The translations under genes were made by a program, and so were the position numbers. From positions 1,216,001-1,280,000 of the forward strand of contig CAWANH010000029.1 of NCBI GenBank assembly GCA_963783375.1: 64,000 bases of DNA, written 5' to 3'. Every line of letters begins with the position of its first letter. The stretch's first letter is position 1. Shown one piece after another: positions 37,435 to 47,791 of this stretch. The notes below the pieces were generated by a model. It saw nothing but the letters and a program-made list of their open reading frames with translations, made no database searches and was not told where the DNA came from. This stretch comes from Candidatus Eiseniibacteriota bacterium (GTDB taxonomy: Bacteria > Eisenbacteria > RBG-16-71-46 > JABDJR01).

Positions 37435-37708
37435 ACCCGGCCACAGGTGATCGGGCCGGGCGCCGGGCGCGGCGTCCCGACGGCTCGGTGCCCGTTCCCC
37501 GGCGCGCGACGGCTCTGGATCTGATTCGAGGTCGGAGGCATGTGCCGGTTGTACTCCCTGGTGTCGGCGCTATTCTAGCCGGGCGCCGGGAGCCTGGATA
37601 GTCTGCCGGCCCTCGACCGGATGCCCTGCCCGTGACGGCCTCACCGACACCTCGATACCGGTGCTTTCACCTTGCCTCCACCTCCGGGGCCGGACAAAAT
37701 CAACCCCG

Positions 37709-40222
37709 ATGAACCCCTGGTCGCGGACCTATCTCCTCATCCTGGCCGGACTGGCCGCCCTCTGGGTAGGGGCGGCCGCGTACCTCGGTGGCGCGGCGGC
37801 GGGCGCGCTCACTCTGGGGATCCCCTTCGTCGCCCTCGCCTTGCACCGTCCGAATTGGGGAATGTGGGGGGTTGTGCTCGCTCTTCCGCTCGGTGTCGCC
37901 TTCGGCGGAGTCGCCTTCCGTGAGGTGAGCTTCGTCATCCCCGCGGTCGTGCTGGGGGGCTGGCTGCTTCACCGGCTGCGCCAGCACCGGGACATTCCCC
38001 CCCTCCCCGGCGGGCTCATGCCGTGGTTCGTCGGCTTCCTGGTCTGGGTATCGTTCACTTCGTTCCTCTCCGTGTATCCGATCCGGGGAATCGGGGTGGC
38101 CCTCCGCTACCTCTTCCTCCTGACCACCCTGCTGGCGATCAACGATCTGTGGACCTACCGGGATCTCCGGCGGGTTCTTCTGATCTACGCGCTTCTCCTC
38201 GTACCGGTCGGCTTCTATGCGTTGTGGCAGGTATACGTCCTCGGTCCGGGACACGTGCTCTACTCCCAGGTCGCAACGCCTCAGCGCCTGACGTCCATTT
38301 ACGAAAACCCCAACGCCCTGGGCGTGACCATGGGACACGGTCTGGCCATTCTCGTTCCGTTCGCCCTGGTCTATGCCGCCCGGCCCCTCAACCTGCGACG
38401 CTGGCTGATCCTGGCCGTCCTCGCCTTGGGAATCCTGTTCCTGGCTGCCGGCCTGGTCGTATCGTTCTCCAGATCCTCCTATCTGTACTTCGCGGTGGTG
38501 CTGATCACGTTGTCCCTCTGTCATCGTCGACTCCGCAACGCGGTGGCGTCCGTCGGGGTGGCGGCGCTCCTGGCCCTGGCGCTTCTCCCCGTGCCGCCGT
38601 GGGCGGCCTCCGCCCTTCGACTCAGCTCCGGGACCTCGTTCCGGGGCTCGCTGTGGCATGCCGGCTTCAGGATCCTCCACGACCATCCCTGGACCGGGAT
38701 CGGCGCCGGCTACCAGGTATTCGAGGCGTACCGGGCCCCCTACCTGGGGACCGAAGCGGAACGCAGTCTTCTGACCACGACGAGCGGGGGCGCTCACAAC
38801 GTGTTTCTGACCAATGCCGCGCAGTTGGGTTGGATCGGGTTGATTCTGACCCTGGCCCTCTTCGCCATCTTCTGGTGGCGGGTGCCTGGAGCCCTCCGGG
38901 AGTATCGCCGCGGCGATTGGAGCCGAGGCGCCGCCGCCGCCGCGATCGTCGGTCTGACCGTGCGCGGCATGTTCGAGAGCGGCACCACCCTGGGCTCCGG
39001 CCATCTCCCCGATGTGCTCAACTTCTTCCTGTTCGGGCTCGTGCTTGTTCTCCCACCGGCGGGAGCGCGGGGACCGCGTCTCCTGGTGCCGGCGGAACAG
39101 CTTCGGGAAGGCCGGACCGGAGGCCAGATCCTCTGGGCGGCCCTGGTGGACCGCTGGAAGAGCCGCGGCTTCCCCGTGATCTGCGAAGACGAGATGCCGG
39201 TGCATCCCCGGCTCCGGAACCGCCCCCTGCTCATGGCCTTCCGCCAGATCGTGGTGCACGGCGGCTTCGACCGAGGGGTGGTGGTAGCCGACCAATCCGA
39301 CGGGGGGAGGCTAGGACTGCTGCTTCGGCGCCTGCGCCTGCGCTCCGGTGTCCGGATCGTGGTCGTGGTGCACCACCTCAGAAACGAGTTTCGGCTGGCC
39401 TTTCCACCCTACGTGAAGCTGATGCGATGGAATGAAACCGCCGTGCTCCGGCTTGCTCACCGAATCGTCGTCCACACCCACCGCGAAGAGGAAGCGGTTC
39501 GGGGCCGCGGAATTCCCGGGGACCGGATCACCCGGATCCCGGTCGGCATACCTCGTTCTGAGATTCGCAATCAGGTCCGCGCACTCGAACCGGACGAGCC
39601 GCTTCGTCTCCTCTGGATCGGGGGGGATTTCATCCGGAAGGACCTACCCACCCTGCTCCGGGCGCTGAGTTCGCTGCCCTCGCCCCGGCCCAGATTGGAC
39701 GTAGTCGGCACCCCCCATGAAGCGGGCATCGCCGATCGCATGCGGGCTCTTGCCGTCGAGCTCGGAGTGGACGACGCGGTCACGTTCCTGGGACCGGTCC
39801 CCGATGAACTCATGGAGGAACTGTGGTTGGGTCACGACGTGTTTGTCCTCCCCAGCCGTCACGAGGGACATGGAACCGCACTGGACGAGGCTCTCATCCG
39901 GGGAATGCCGGCGGTGGTCAGTGGGCTTCCCGTCTTCCGGGAGCGTCTGTCGCCCCGGGAGGTCCGATTCGTTCCGGTGGGCGACGCCGAGGCGCTGGCT
40001 TCGGTGCTTGCGGCGCTCCGGGATCCCGAGGTCCGTTCCGGATTGGCCGAGGCCGGCCGTCGGCGGGCTCAGGAATTCCCCACCTGGGAGAGCACGCTCG
40101 ACGCCTACGAGGAGGTGGTCCGAGGCGAGCTCGCCCTGGTGGCATCCTGGAGCGAGCCGGGCTCGGCCCCGGCCCCCGCGGCGATGGCAACCGGCCGGGG
40201 ACCCGTCCGCGCGAAAGGATGA
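37709..40222 (+). CDS. O-antigen ligase/Wzy-like membrane domain fused to a GT4 glycosyltransferase
   Basis: N-terminal: YENPNALG, SFSRSS, R..LWHAG...HPWTGIGAG, AHNVFLTNAAQLGWIG. C-terminal: RKDL, PSRHEGHGTALDEAL, SGLPVFRE. One continuous frame. Confidence 0.8.
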   Translation: MNPWSRTYLLILAGLAALWVGAAAYLGGAAAGALTLGIPFVALALHRPNWGMWGVVLALPLGVAFGGVAFREVSFVIPAVVLGGWLLHRLRQHRDIPPLPGGLMPWFVGFLVWVSFTSFLSVYPIRGIGVALRYLFLLTTLLAINDLWTYRDLRRVLLIYALLLVPVGFYALWQVYVLGPGHVLYSQVATPQRLTSIYENPNALGVTMGHGLAILVPFALVYAARPLNLRRWLILAVLALGILFLAAGLVVSFSRSSYLYFAVVLITLSLCHRRLRNAVASVGVAALLALALLPVPPWAASALRLSSGTSFRGSLWHAGFRILHDHPWTGIGAGYQVFEAYRAPYLGTEAERSLLTTTSGGAHNVFLTNAAQLGWIGLILTLALFAIFWWRVPGALREYRRGDWSRGAAAAAIVGLTVRGMFESGTTLGSGHLPDVLNFFLFGLVLVLPPAGARGPRLLVPAEQLREGRTGGQILWAALVDRWKSRGFPVICEDEMPVHPRLRNRPLLMAFRQIVVHGGFDRGVVVADQSDGGRLGLLLRRLRLRSGVRIVVVVHHLRNEFRLAFPPYVKLMRWNETAVLRLAHRIVVHTHREEEAVRGRGIPGDRITRIPVGIPRSEIRNQVRALEPDEPLRLLWIGGDFIRKDLPTLLRALSSLPSPRPRLDVVGTPHEAGIADRMRALAVELGVDDAVTFLGPVPDELMEELWLGHDVFVLPSRHEGHGTALDEALIRGMPAVVSGLPVFRERLSPREVRFVPVGDAEALASVLAALRDPEVRSGLAEAGRRRAQEFPTWESTLDAYEEVVRGELALVASWSEPGSAPAPAAMATGRGPVRAKG

Positions 40223-40232
40223 CGTTTCCCGG

Positions 40233-41339
40233 TCAGGTCCGGGGGTCCCAGTAGACGGCCCAGGCCATGGCCGCAAACATGCCCGCGATCGCCCCGGCTA
40301 TCGCCATGAGCCCCTTGCGGGGCCGAGCCTGGCGGTCCGGCGGCACCGCCAGGTCGAGCACTTCCACCTCCGGCGTATCCCGCGCCTCCTCGATACGGGC
40401 CGCCTCCAGATCCTGGGAAAGCGCCTCGTACAGGGTCTCCTGGATTCGCACCTCCCGTAGGCGGCGGGCCACCACCATCCCCAGGCCGGGAAGCTGTGCG
40501 GCCTCGGACTCAACCGCCCGAAGCTCCAGCTCCAACTCCCGACGGGCCGGCGCGTCCCCCACCCCCATGGCGTCCAACATGTCCAACCGGACCGCCAGGG
40601 CGAGCCTCCGACCGATCAGGTCCCCGGCGGACAGGGCCGCCTGGGTCAGGTCCCGGGACAGCACGGGAAACCGGGCGCTGCCCTCGGCGCCGGCGAGCCG
40701 CGCTTCGGCCGAGTCCAGATCGGCCCGGACCCGCGCCACACGCGCCTGCAGAAACTCCCCCTGCCGGCGACCGGCGGTGGACCGGGTCGCGCGGTACACC
40801 GAGTCCAGCTCGGCGACGTAGGCATTGGCCAGCCGGGCGGCCAGCTCCGGGTCCTTGTCCTCGACCCGGATCTCCACGATCCGGTGCTTGCCGGGGGCGA
40901 TCACGGTATGGCCGCGGAGCGCGGCCATGGCGCGAACCCGGCGTTCCTCGTGATAGTGCTCTCGCAGGTCGAATCGGTCGACAAGGCTACGGGCCACGGT
41001 ATCGCTCTGCAGGATGGCCAGGTAGATGTCGTAGGTGGTGACTCCGGCAGCATAGGGGAAGAGGCTCTGGATCTGTAGGGCGGCGATGAGCTGTTGCTGC
41101 GCCATCAGGTGCGGTTGGGTTTCGCGGGGAGGGAGGACGGTCGATCGGGCCTCGTACCACCTGGGAAGGAGGAACCCCGCGGCCAACGCGAGCACCCCGG
41201 AGAGGAGCGAAACCAGGGCGAGAAATCGCCAGCGCCGCAGGGCCAGCCGCACGAAGTAGACCAGACCGGGCTCCTGCCGTTCCCGCGCCTCCAAGGCGGG
41301 GTCAGGCACTTCGGGCCTCGCGCACCCTGCGGCCGGCAT
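40233..41339 (-). CDS. Wzz/GNVR-type polysaccharide co-polymerase (chain-length determinant)
   Basis: N-terminal TM then YEARSTVLPP, DPELAARLAN, coiled coil, VLDLAVPP...RPRK then TM; start may be GTG 41309. Confidence 0.85.
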   Translation of the reverse strand: MPAAGCARPEVPDPALEARERQEPGLVYFVRLALRRWRFLALVSLLSGVLALAAGFLLPRWYEARSTVLPPRETQPHLMAQQQLIAALQIQSLFPYAAGVTTYDIYLAILQSDTVARSLVDRFDLREHYHEERRVRAMAALRGHTVIAPGKHRIVEIRVEDKDPELAARLANAYVAELDSVYRATRSTAGRRQGEFLQARVARVRADLDSAEARLAGAEGSARFPVLSRDLTQAALSAGDLIGRRLALAVRLDMLDAMGVGDAPARRELELELRAVESEAAQLPGLGMVVARRLREVRIQETLYEALSQDLEAARIEEARDTPEVEVLDLAVPPDRQARPRKGLMAIAGAIAGMFAAMAWAVYWDPRT

Positions 41340-42411
41340 CCAGGAGCAGGCCGGTCAGGAGGGCGATCAGGCCGGAGACGAAGAACACGATGAGCACGGT
41401 GATGGTTCGCTGGGGGCGGCTCTTCTCGGTCGGGGGAACCGGTGGGTCCAGGATCTGGACCCGGGGAACGTCACGCGCCTCCTTGAGACGCGCGTCCTCG
41501 AGTTGGGCGCTGAGGTACCCATAGGTCCGCTCCAGAACCTTGAGGTCACGGGTCATTCGGGCGAGTTCCGATCCGAGGGCGGGAAGCTCGTCGAGCTGGC
41601 GGTCCAGCGCCGCGATTTCGAGTTCCTTGGCTCGGAGGGCGGGGGCGTCGGATCCCAGGGTCCGGCGGAGGATTTCGGTGTCCGTCTCCATCCTCACGCG
41701 TTGGGTCAGGAGGTCCGCTCCCGCCTCTACGGCGCCCACGGTTCCGGAGGATAGCGCTGCGCCCCCGTGCTCGGTCTGGTACGCGGCAAGGGAATCCTCC
41801 ATTGCGCTCAACCGATCGCGCGTCTTGGCCACCCGGCGTTCCAGGAACTCACGTGAGCGTTTCCCCGCAGTAGACCGGATCTCGGCGCTGATCCGCTCCA
41901 TTTCCTCGATCACCCCGCTCACCACCTGGGAGGCGAATTCGGGGTCCCGATCGCGATAGGTGACGGTCAAGAGCCCCTGAGGATTCTTCTTCGTGCCCAG
42001 GCGCGCATACCACTGGCGGAGCCGGGAGTGCCTGCGGCTGGTCTTGTAGCGCTCACTCAGGTGGAACCGGTCGTTCATCGCGTCGGCCAGGCGCTCGCTC
42101 CGGATGATCGGCACTTCCACGTCCGTTTCACCGCCCAGGCCGCCGAGGCTACTCAGGGGAAGATTGGAGATGCTTCCCCCCAGGAGGGACATGGCGGTGG
42201 AAATGAGGCTGGACTCCTGGCGGTCCTGGGGCAACACCACCGCACGCGCGGTGTACTCGACCGGAGCCACCAGCACCGCCACCACCGCGATCAAGGTGGC
42301 GATTCCGGTGATCCCCACGATCGGGAACCGGTGGCGCCAGAGAAAGTCGAGAAATGAGGCCAGGCTCCCGGGTTCCAGTCCGGACGGGGAGGGCGCGGGG
42401 CCTTCCGTCAC
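41302..42411 (-). CDS. Second Wzz/GNVR-type polysaccharide co-polymerase
   Basis: YTARAVVLP, DPEFASQVV, ILDPPVPPTEKSRPQR then TM. Confidence 0.85.
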   Translation of the reverse strand: MTEGPAPSPSGLEPGSLASFLDFLWRHRFPIVGITGIATLIAVVAVLVAPVEYTARAVVLPQDRQESSLISTAMSLLGGSISNLPLSSLGGLGGETDVEVPIIRSERLADAMNDRFHLSERYKTSRRHSRLRQWYARLGTKKNPQGLLTVTYRDRDPEFASQVVSGVIEEMERISAEIRSTAGKRSREFLERRVAKTRDRLSAMEDSLAAYQTEHGGAALSSGTVGAVEAGADLLTQRVRMETDTEILRRTLGSDAPALRAKELEIAALDRQLDELPALGSELARMTRDLKVLERTYGYLSAQLEDARLKEARDVPRVQILDPPVPPTEKSRPQRTITVLIVFFVSGLIALLTGLLLDAGRRVREARSA

Positions 42412-44105
42412 CGGGTCACCTCGCGAATGAGAAGGAACAGCGTCGCCACCGTGCTGATGAGTCCGGTCACGTCGCGGACGGTTTGCCAGAAGCTCCCCGG
42501 CGGTTTCTCCGGGACCCAGACCACATCCCCGGGGGCCAGCGTCTCCATGTCCGAGGCGAAGACCACCTCCCCCGCGACGCCCCGGGTGACCCGGGTCTGG
42601 CTCTTCTGGGCCTGGCGGCCGAAGCCGCCGGCGGCATCGACGTAGTCGGAAACGCTCCAGTCGTCATGGTAGTCGTAGAGGCCCGGCCGCTTGACCTGTC
42701 CGGTCAGCTCGACCCATCCGACCCACCGGGGCACGTCGATCCGGTCCCCCGGCTCGACCAGTGGACCGTCATCCCCGCTGATGTCCACCACCGTCTCGTG
42801 CTGCAGGCGACGGGCGAGGGCGAGGGCATAGTTTCGCGCCTCCAGGGGGCTTCTCACGCCGGTGGTATCCGGCGTCACGGTGCGCGCCAGGACGATTCGC
42901 CGGGCGACCGCTCCCGCGGCAAGCCCTCCCGCCGCTCGAACTGCGTCGCCGACCCGTGTGCGTCCGCGAACCACCGGGACCGGGCCCGGCGACTCGACCG
43001 CACCGGTGACCGAAACGGAGGCATCGGGGCGCCATTCCCCCAGCGCCCTCACCAGCACCCGGTCGCCGGGGCGGAGCGGAACTCGCACCTGCCCCGACAG
43101 CACCGGCGGTAGGGAAACCCCGAGAGTGTCATAGGTGCGATCGTCGTCGGTACGCTGGATCACCACCCGGCCAGGATCGGCATCGGGGCGGAGGCCCACC
43201 AACTCCAGCAGGTCCCCCAGATCGTCGCCGAGCACGAAGTCGTAGGATCCGGGATGAAGCACCGCCCCCTGGAACGTCACCAGGTCGCCGCGGACCGGAA
43301 CCACCACCACGTCCCCGTCCCGCAGAGTGAGGTTTCCATCCAGACTGCCGGCGAAGAGGAATCCCAGGAGATCCGCCTCATCCGAAGTGCCGTCGGTGTG
43401 GCGGACCCGGATCCGGCGGACGCTGGTCGAGTCGATCGGTCCCCCGGCCGCCTCGAGCGCCTCGCTCACCCGGGTGTACGCGCTGGCCGCTACCGCCCCC
43501 GGGTGCGGCACCCTCCCAACCACCTGTATCTTGAACGCCCGCGCCGTTTCGAGCACCAGGGTGATCTCACCGCTGGAGAAGAGCTCGCGCGCCCGCTCCT
43601 TGACGTCCGCCCGGGCTGCGATCAGGGTGGACCCGCCCACCGAGAGCGTGCCGATCTGGGGAAAGGTGACCGACCCGTCCGCGTCAACCCGGGCGGGCGC
43701 GGAGAGCGAGAGCGCACCGCGCACTTCCAGTCGCAGGAGGTCCCCGGGCCCGATGACATAGGTATCCGGGTCCACCGGACCGGCGCCGAGCAGGGTAAGG
43801 TTCTGGTCCTGGAGCTGGCGGGCCCGGGTGAGCGCCTCGGCACGGGCGGCGCCGGGAATGGCGAGATCCGAACCGCCGGCGCCGGTCCAACCGGTTGGAA
43901 GGGAGGTCGTCTGCCCGAGGGCCACGGGCGAGGCGGCGAGAAGCAGGACGAGGGCGATCAGAAGGTTACGAATCGTGGCACGATCTCGGCGGTTCCCCCG
44001 TCTATCCAAACTGGTTCCTCCCGGTTGCGGGCGGCCCACGCCCCGTTCCTTGCGACCCGGTCCCGAACGAGGCCGGTCCCATGGATGCCGCTCATCGAGG
44101 GCCAT
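42408..44105 (-). CDS. SLBB-domain polysaccharide export protein (Wza/KpsD-like)
   Basis: YVIGPGDLL, ADGSVTFPQIG, repeated SLBB units (VVGRVPHPG, QGAVLHPG, TGAVESPG, TGQVKRPG), PGDVVWVPEK; true start uncertain. Confidence 0.85.
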   Translation of the reverse strand: MALDERHPWDRPRSGPGRKERGVGRPQPGGTSLDRRGNRRDRATIRNLLIALVLLLAASPVALGQTTSLPTGWTGAGGSDLAIPGAARAEALTRARQLQDQNLTLLGAGPVDPDTYVIGPGDLLRLEVRGALSLSAPARVDADGSVTFPQIGTLSVGGSTLIAARADVKERARELFSSGEITLVLETARAFKIQVVGRVPHPGAVAASAYTRVSEALEAAGGPIDSTSVRRIRVRHTDGTSDEADLLGFLFAGSLDGNLTLRDGDVVVVPVRGDLVTFQGAVLHPGSYDFVLGDDLGDLLELVGLRPDADPGRVVIQRTDDDRTYDTLGVSLPPVLSGQVRVPLRPGDRVLVRALGEWRPDASVSVTGAVESPGPVPVVRGRTRVGDAVRAAGGLAAGAVARRIVLARTVTPDTTGVRSPLEARNYALALARRLQHETVVDISGDDGPLVEPGDRIDVPRWVGWVELTGQVKRPGLYDYHDDWSVSDYVDAAGGFGRQAQKSQTRVTRGVAGEVVFASDMETLAPGDVVWVPEKPPGSFWQTVRDVTGLISTVATLFLLIREVTR

Positions 44106-44287
44106 CGCGCGACCCTCTGAAGCGGCCCGGGAATCTTCCCCCTCCCGCCGCTTCGGCGCAAGGCCGAAGGAGACCCCGGGGACGACGAGAATCCGGGGAC
44201 AACGGGAACCTGGCTTGACCGAATCCCCGGTTCAGGGTTCAATTCACCCTCGGCCCGGGTCACCTCAGATCCCTAACACCCCACTCC

Positions 44288-45112
44288 ATGAAGCATCGAG
44301 CCAACACCAAATCGTTCTGGGACGAGATCGATTACCGGCGGTGGGAGGATGCCGTATCGCGCAGCGAAACGGAGGCATCCTCATGGTCTACCCGCGCCTT
44401 CCTGCATCCGCTCCTACCCCGGTTGCGCGGAAAGAGCGTCCTGGACCTGGGCTGCGGGCCGGGGTCCCTGACCCCCTATCTGGCTTCCGCCGCGAAAAGC
44501 GTACTCGGCATGGATTTTTCGGCGGCTGCGCTATCCGTGGCCAGGAAGCGATGTGCGGGACTCGAAAATGTCGCGTTCGTCGAAGGAGACATCCTCGAGC
44601 TGGATCTTGGCCGCAGATTCGACGTGGTCACCGGCAGGATGTTTCTGCACGAGATCCTGCACGAGGATACACCGCGTCTGGTGACCCGCCTGGATTCTCT
44701 GCTCACCCAGGGGGGGTTCATCTACTTCCAGGAGAACTCCTATTTCAATCCGGCCGCCCGATTCTTCCGGGAGCACCTGGTCGGTCGCTTCGGAATCCCG
44801 AAATACGGCTCCGACAACGAACTTCCCTTCGACCGGACCCGGTTCGAGATGTACCGCCGCGCCTTTGTCCACTGCGAGCGCTACGTGGACGGCGTCGACC
44901 TTTTCCAGAAGGTGAACCAGTATCTCGTTCCGGCGGGAAGGGACCGCCTGGCCGGACTGTGGGCGGGCATGGACCGCGCGTTGACCGCCCTCCAGCACCG
45001 CACCGGCTGGCTCGACAACTGGAGCTACACCCAGACCATCTATGCCTCGCAAACCGTGCCGCGATGCGAAGCTCTCGGTGGAATGCATCTCCCGCAAAAC
45101 GAAGGGCGGTAA
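44288..45112 (+). CDS. Class I SAM-dependent methyltransferase
   Basis: VLDLGCGPG, GMDFS, FDVV...LHEI. Confidence 0.85.
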   Translation: MKHRANTKSFWDEIDYRRWEDAVSRSETEASSWSTRAFLHPLLPRLRGKSVLDLGCGPGSLTPYLASAAKSVLGMDFSAAALSVARKRCAGLENVAFVEGDILELDLGRRFDVVTGRMFLHEILHEDTPRLVTRLDSLLTQGGFIYFQENSYFNPAARFFREHLVGRFGIPKYGSDNELPFDRTRFEMYRRAFVHCERYVDGVDLFQKVNQYLVPAGRDRLAGLWAGMDRALTALQHRTGWLDNWSYTQTIYASQTVPRCEALGGMHLPQNEGR

Positions 45113-45116
45113 GCCG

Positions 45117-46634
45117 TTGAAGGTCGTCTTCCTGGTTCTGGCTATCGTCCTTGCGGCCTCTTCCGCCGCCGCCGCCGCCCCCGGCTCCCGCTACCTCCCC
45201 CTGGACGACCCGGCCTACGAGGGCATCCGCGTTCTCCAGGAAGCGGGCTACCTCGAGGGGTTGAACCCCCTGGTTCAGCCCTACCACCGCGCCGACGTCG
45301 CGGACGCGGTCGCGGCGCTCGACCCCGACGCCATGCCGGCCGGCCCCGCCCACTGGGCGCGGCTCCTCCGGGCCGAGTTCGCGCCTTCAGGCCCGCCGGC
45401 GGCCGGAGCCACCGAAGATCGGGTCCGATGGGGAAGCTGGGTCGAGGGCGGGGCCCGCGGCTCCACCAGCCGACGATTCGATCCCCTCCGCCCCCTCGGC
45501 GACGCGAACAAGGGCTGGCCCTACGGGCGCGCGGAAATCGGGTTCAGCGAGGGCCCCCTGGCCGCCGACCTGGTGCTCCTGGCTGACCGTTACCTCAAGG
45601 ACGACCCCGACGGCGTCGATCCCCAGCGGCGGATCGGCCGCTCGGAGACCGCCTACCTCTCCTTCGCCTTCCCCCACGGCGAGATCTCCGTCGGCCGCCT
45701 GGCCCGGAACTGGGGCATGCTCGGCGCCCCCGGGCTCATGGTGGGCTCGAGCCCCACCCCCTATCCCCAGATCGCGCTGGCCGTCGAGGCCGGCCGCTTC
45801 CGCCTCAACTCCTTCCTGGGCGAGCTCGACACCCTCGACACCGCCAAGCGCTACCTGGCCGCCCATCGGATGGACCTGGCCTGGCCGAACCTGATCCTCT
45901 CCTTCGGCGAGAGCATTCTCTTCGCCGGCGACCAGCCCGGGTTCCCGATCCGCCACCTGCTTCCGATCGAGGTCTTCTACTTCGACAGCGACGCCCCGCC
46001 CCATGACGTGACCCAGAACCTCATGCTGGACTGGAGCGCGTGGTGGCGGCGGGGGCCGGTCCAGGCCTACCTGGAGTTCCTCCTGGACGACGTGGACCTC
46101 ACCCCGCCCAAGGGTGCCGACCGCGAGCCCACGAGTTATGCGGTGACCCTGGGCGGGCGCTGGACCCCCGGCCGGAACCCGGTGACCCTGGGCCTGGAGT
46201 ACACCCGGGTCTCGGCCTGGGCGTATCGGACGCCGAACCTGATCGACCGCTACAGCTACCTGAACCGAGGCCTCGGGGCGAACTTCTCGGACTTCGACCG
46301 GGTGCGCGTGTTCGCGGACTGGCTTCCACCGGTGGCGGGCCTGCGTCTCACCCCGGAGGTGCAGGTGCTCCGCCGAGGGGAAGGGAGTTTCCGCCTGCCC
46401 GACCCGGACCCGGTCACCTATCACGCCAGCCCCAACGTCTTCCTGGGTACGATCGAGACCACGGTTCGGGGCGCGCTGGCCGGGCGCTACCAACCGTCGC
46501 GGCACGGCTGGGTCGGCTGGGACCTGGGGGTGAACCGCACCACCGACTTCGAGCATGTCCCCGGGAGCGACAAGACCGCCTTCGAGGGCACGGCGGAGGT
46601 GGGAGTGCGGTTCGATCTGGTCGAGCAGCGGTAG
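45117..46634 (+). CDS. wzi: Capsule assembly Wzi-family outer-membrane protein
   Basis: Signal peptide, LPLDDPAYE..RVL..AG...PYHRADV, GRLARNWG, AAHRMD, FGESILF, YLEFLLDD, LEYTRV. Confidence 0.7.
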   Translation: MKVVFLVLAIVLAASSAAAAAPGSRYLPLDDPAYEGIRVLQEAGYLEGLNPLVQPYHRADVADAVAALDPDAMPAGPAHWARLLRAEFAPSGPPAAGATEDRVRWGSWVEGGARGSTSRRFDPLRPLGDANKGWPYGRAEIGFSEGPLAADLVLLADRYLKDDPDGVDPQRRIGRSETAYLSFAFPHGEISVGRLARNWGMLGAPGLMVGSSPTPYPQIALAVEAGRFRLNSFLGELDTLDTAKRYLAAHRMDLAWPNLILSFGESILFAGDQPGFPIRHLLPIEVFYFDSDAPPHDVTQNLMLDWSAWWRRGPVQAYLEFLLDDVDLTPPKGADREPTSYAVTLGGRWTPGRNPVTLGLEYTRVSAWAYRTPNLIDRYSYLNRGLGANFSDFDRVRVFADWLPPVAGLRLTPEVQVLRRGEGSFRLPDPDPVTYHASPNVFLGTIETTVRGALAGRYQPSRHGWVGWDLGVNRTTDFEHVPGSDKTAFEGTAEVGVRFDLVEQR

Positions 46635-46732
46635 GGGTCCGGCCGGCGGTCCACCCTTCGGGGGAGTCCGCGGGTAGGTCGCGGGTGCCGTTTCGTGGTC
46701 CCGGGCACATCCTCCGCACGAGGAAACCGAAA

Positions 46733-47791
46733 TCACGACGTGGGGGCTACCGTTCCCCCTTCGGTCAGACTCGATCCGGCGCGAGCGGGACGGCGAACCA
46801 GCGCATACCGGGCCAGCACCAGCCCGTCCACGATCAACACGAAGTAGAAGATCGCGAACCGCCAGACCGCGGTCACCGGGCCGAGGAGCGCGGCGGGTAC
46901 GAACGGCTGGTAGACCAGGGCGAACGCGGTCTCGACGGCCGCGGCGCCGCCGGGGGTGGGAACCACCGTCCCCGCGGTGAAGACCACCCACTGCAGGAGC
47001 ACGTGGGGAAGCGGCGCGGTCCGGATCCCGAAGGCGGCCAGGACCGCGGCCACCACGGTGTAGCGGGCGATCCACTGGATCGCGGTGAGGGTCAGGCACC
47101 CCAGGGCTCGGAGCTTCCCGCGACGGAGGACCAGGGCGAAGGCGCCTCGGACCTCGCGCACCCAGGCGCGGGCGCGCGGGAAGAACCCGGGGCGGGACCG
47201 CCACCGTCCCGACACCCGCTTCACGACGAAGCCCAGCACCACGCCGAGAGCGAGCCCCCCGGCCAGGACCCACGCCGCCCGCGTTCCGGTCCGGGCCAGA
47301 ACCTCGCCCACCACCCCGTCGGGCCCGCCACCCAGGAAGTACGCCAGCGGGAGGAACACCGCGAAGAAGATCGCGTCCTCCACCGCCATCAGCGCCACCA
47401 GGGCCGAGGCGCGGGGGGTGGAAAGGCCGTGGCCGGTGAGCATCGCCAGCCGGACCGCTCCCGCTCCCGCCGCGGTGGGGGTGAGCGCCGCCCCCAGGTC
47501 CGAGGCCACCGCGATCCGGAACGCGTCGCCGGTCCCCGGCATCCCGCCCATGAACCGCGCCCAGATCCGCAACCGGAGCGCGTTCATGGCCAGCGGCACC
47601 AGGGCCAATCCCGCGGCCAGGGCCAGAAATCCCGGCGCGGTCACCAGCCGCGTCCCCCATCCCCCCCGGTGGGCGGTGAGAAACGCGAACACCAGGTTCA
47701 ACACCAGGGCGGCCCCGAGCGCCGCGGCGGCGAGGCGCACCCAGCGCCGGCTTCGGATCCTCGTCCACGCCTCAGGCAGATCGAAGGGCAC
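46733..47791 (-). CDS. Lysylphosphatidylglycerol synthase TM-region / flippase-like membrane protein
   Basis: LRLRIW, ALTPTAAGAG, PTPGGAAAVE, VWRFAIFYF. Confidence 0.8.
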   Translation of the reverse strand: MPFDLPEAWTRIRSRRWVRLAAAALGAALVLNLVFAFLTAHRGGWGTRLVTAPGFLALAAGLALVPLAMNALRLRIWARFMGGMPGTGDAFRIAVASDLGAALTPTAAGAGAVRLAMLTGHGLSTPRASALVALMAVEDAIFFAVFLPLAYFLGGGPDGVVGEVLARTGTRAAWVLAGGLALGVVLGFVVKRVSGRWRSRPGFFPRARAWVREVRGAFALVLRRGKLRALGCLTLTAIQWIARYTVVAAVLAAFGIRTAPLPHVLLQWVVFTAGTVVPTPGGAAAVETAFALVYQPFVPAALLGPVTAVWRFAIFYFVLIVDGLVLARYALVRRPARAGSSLTEGGTVAPTS

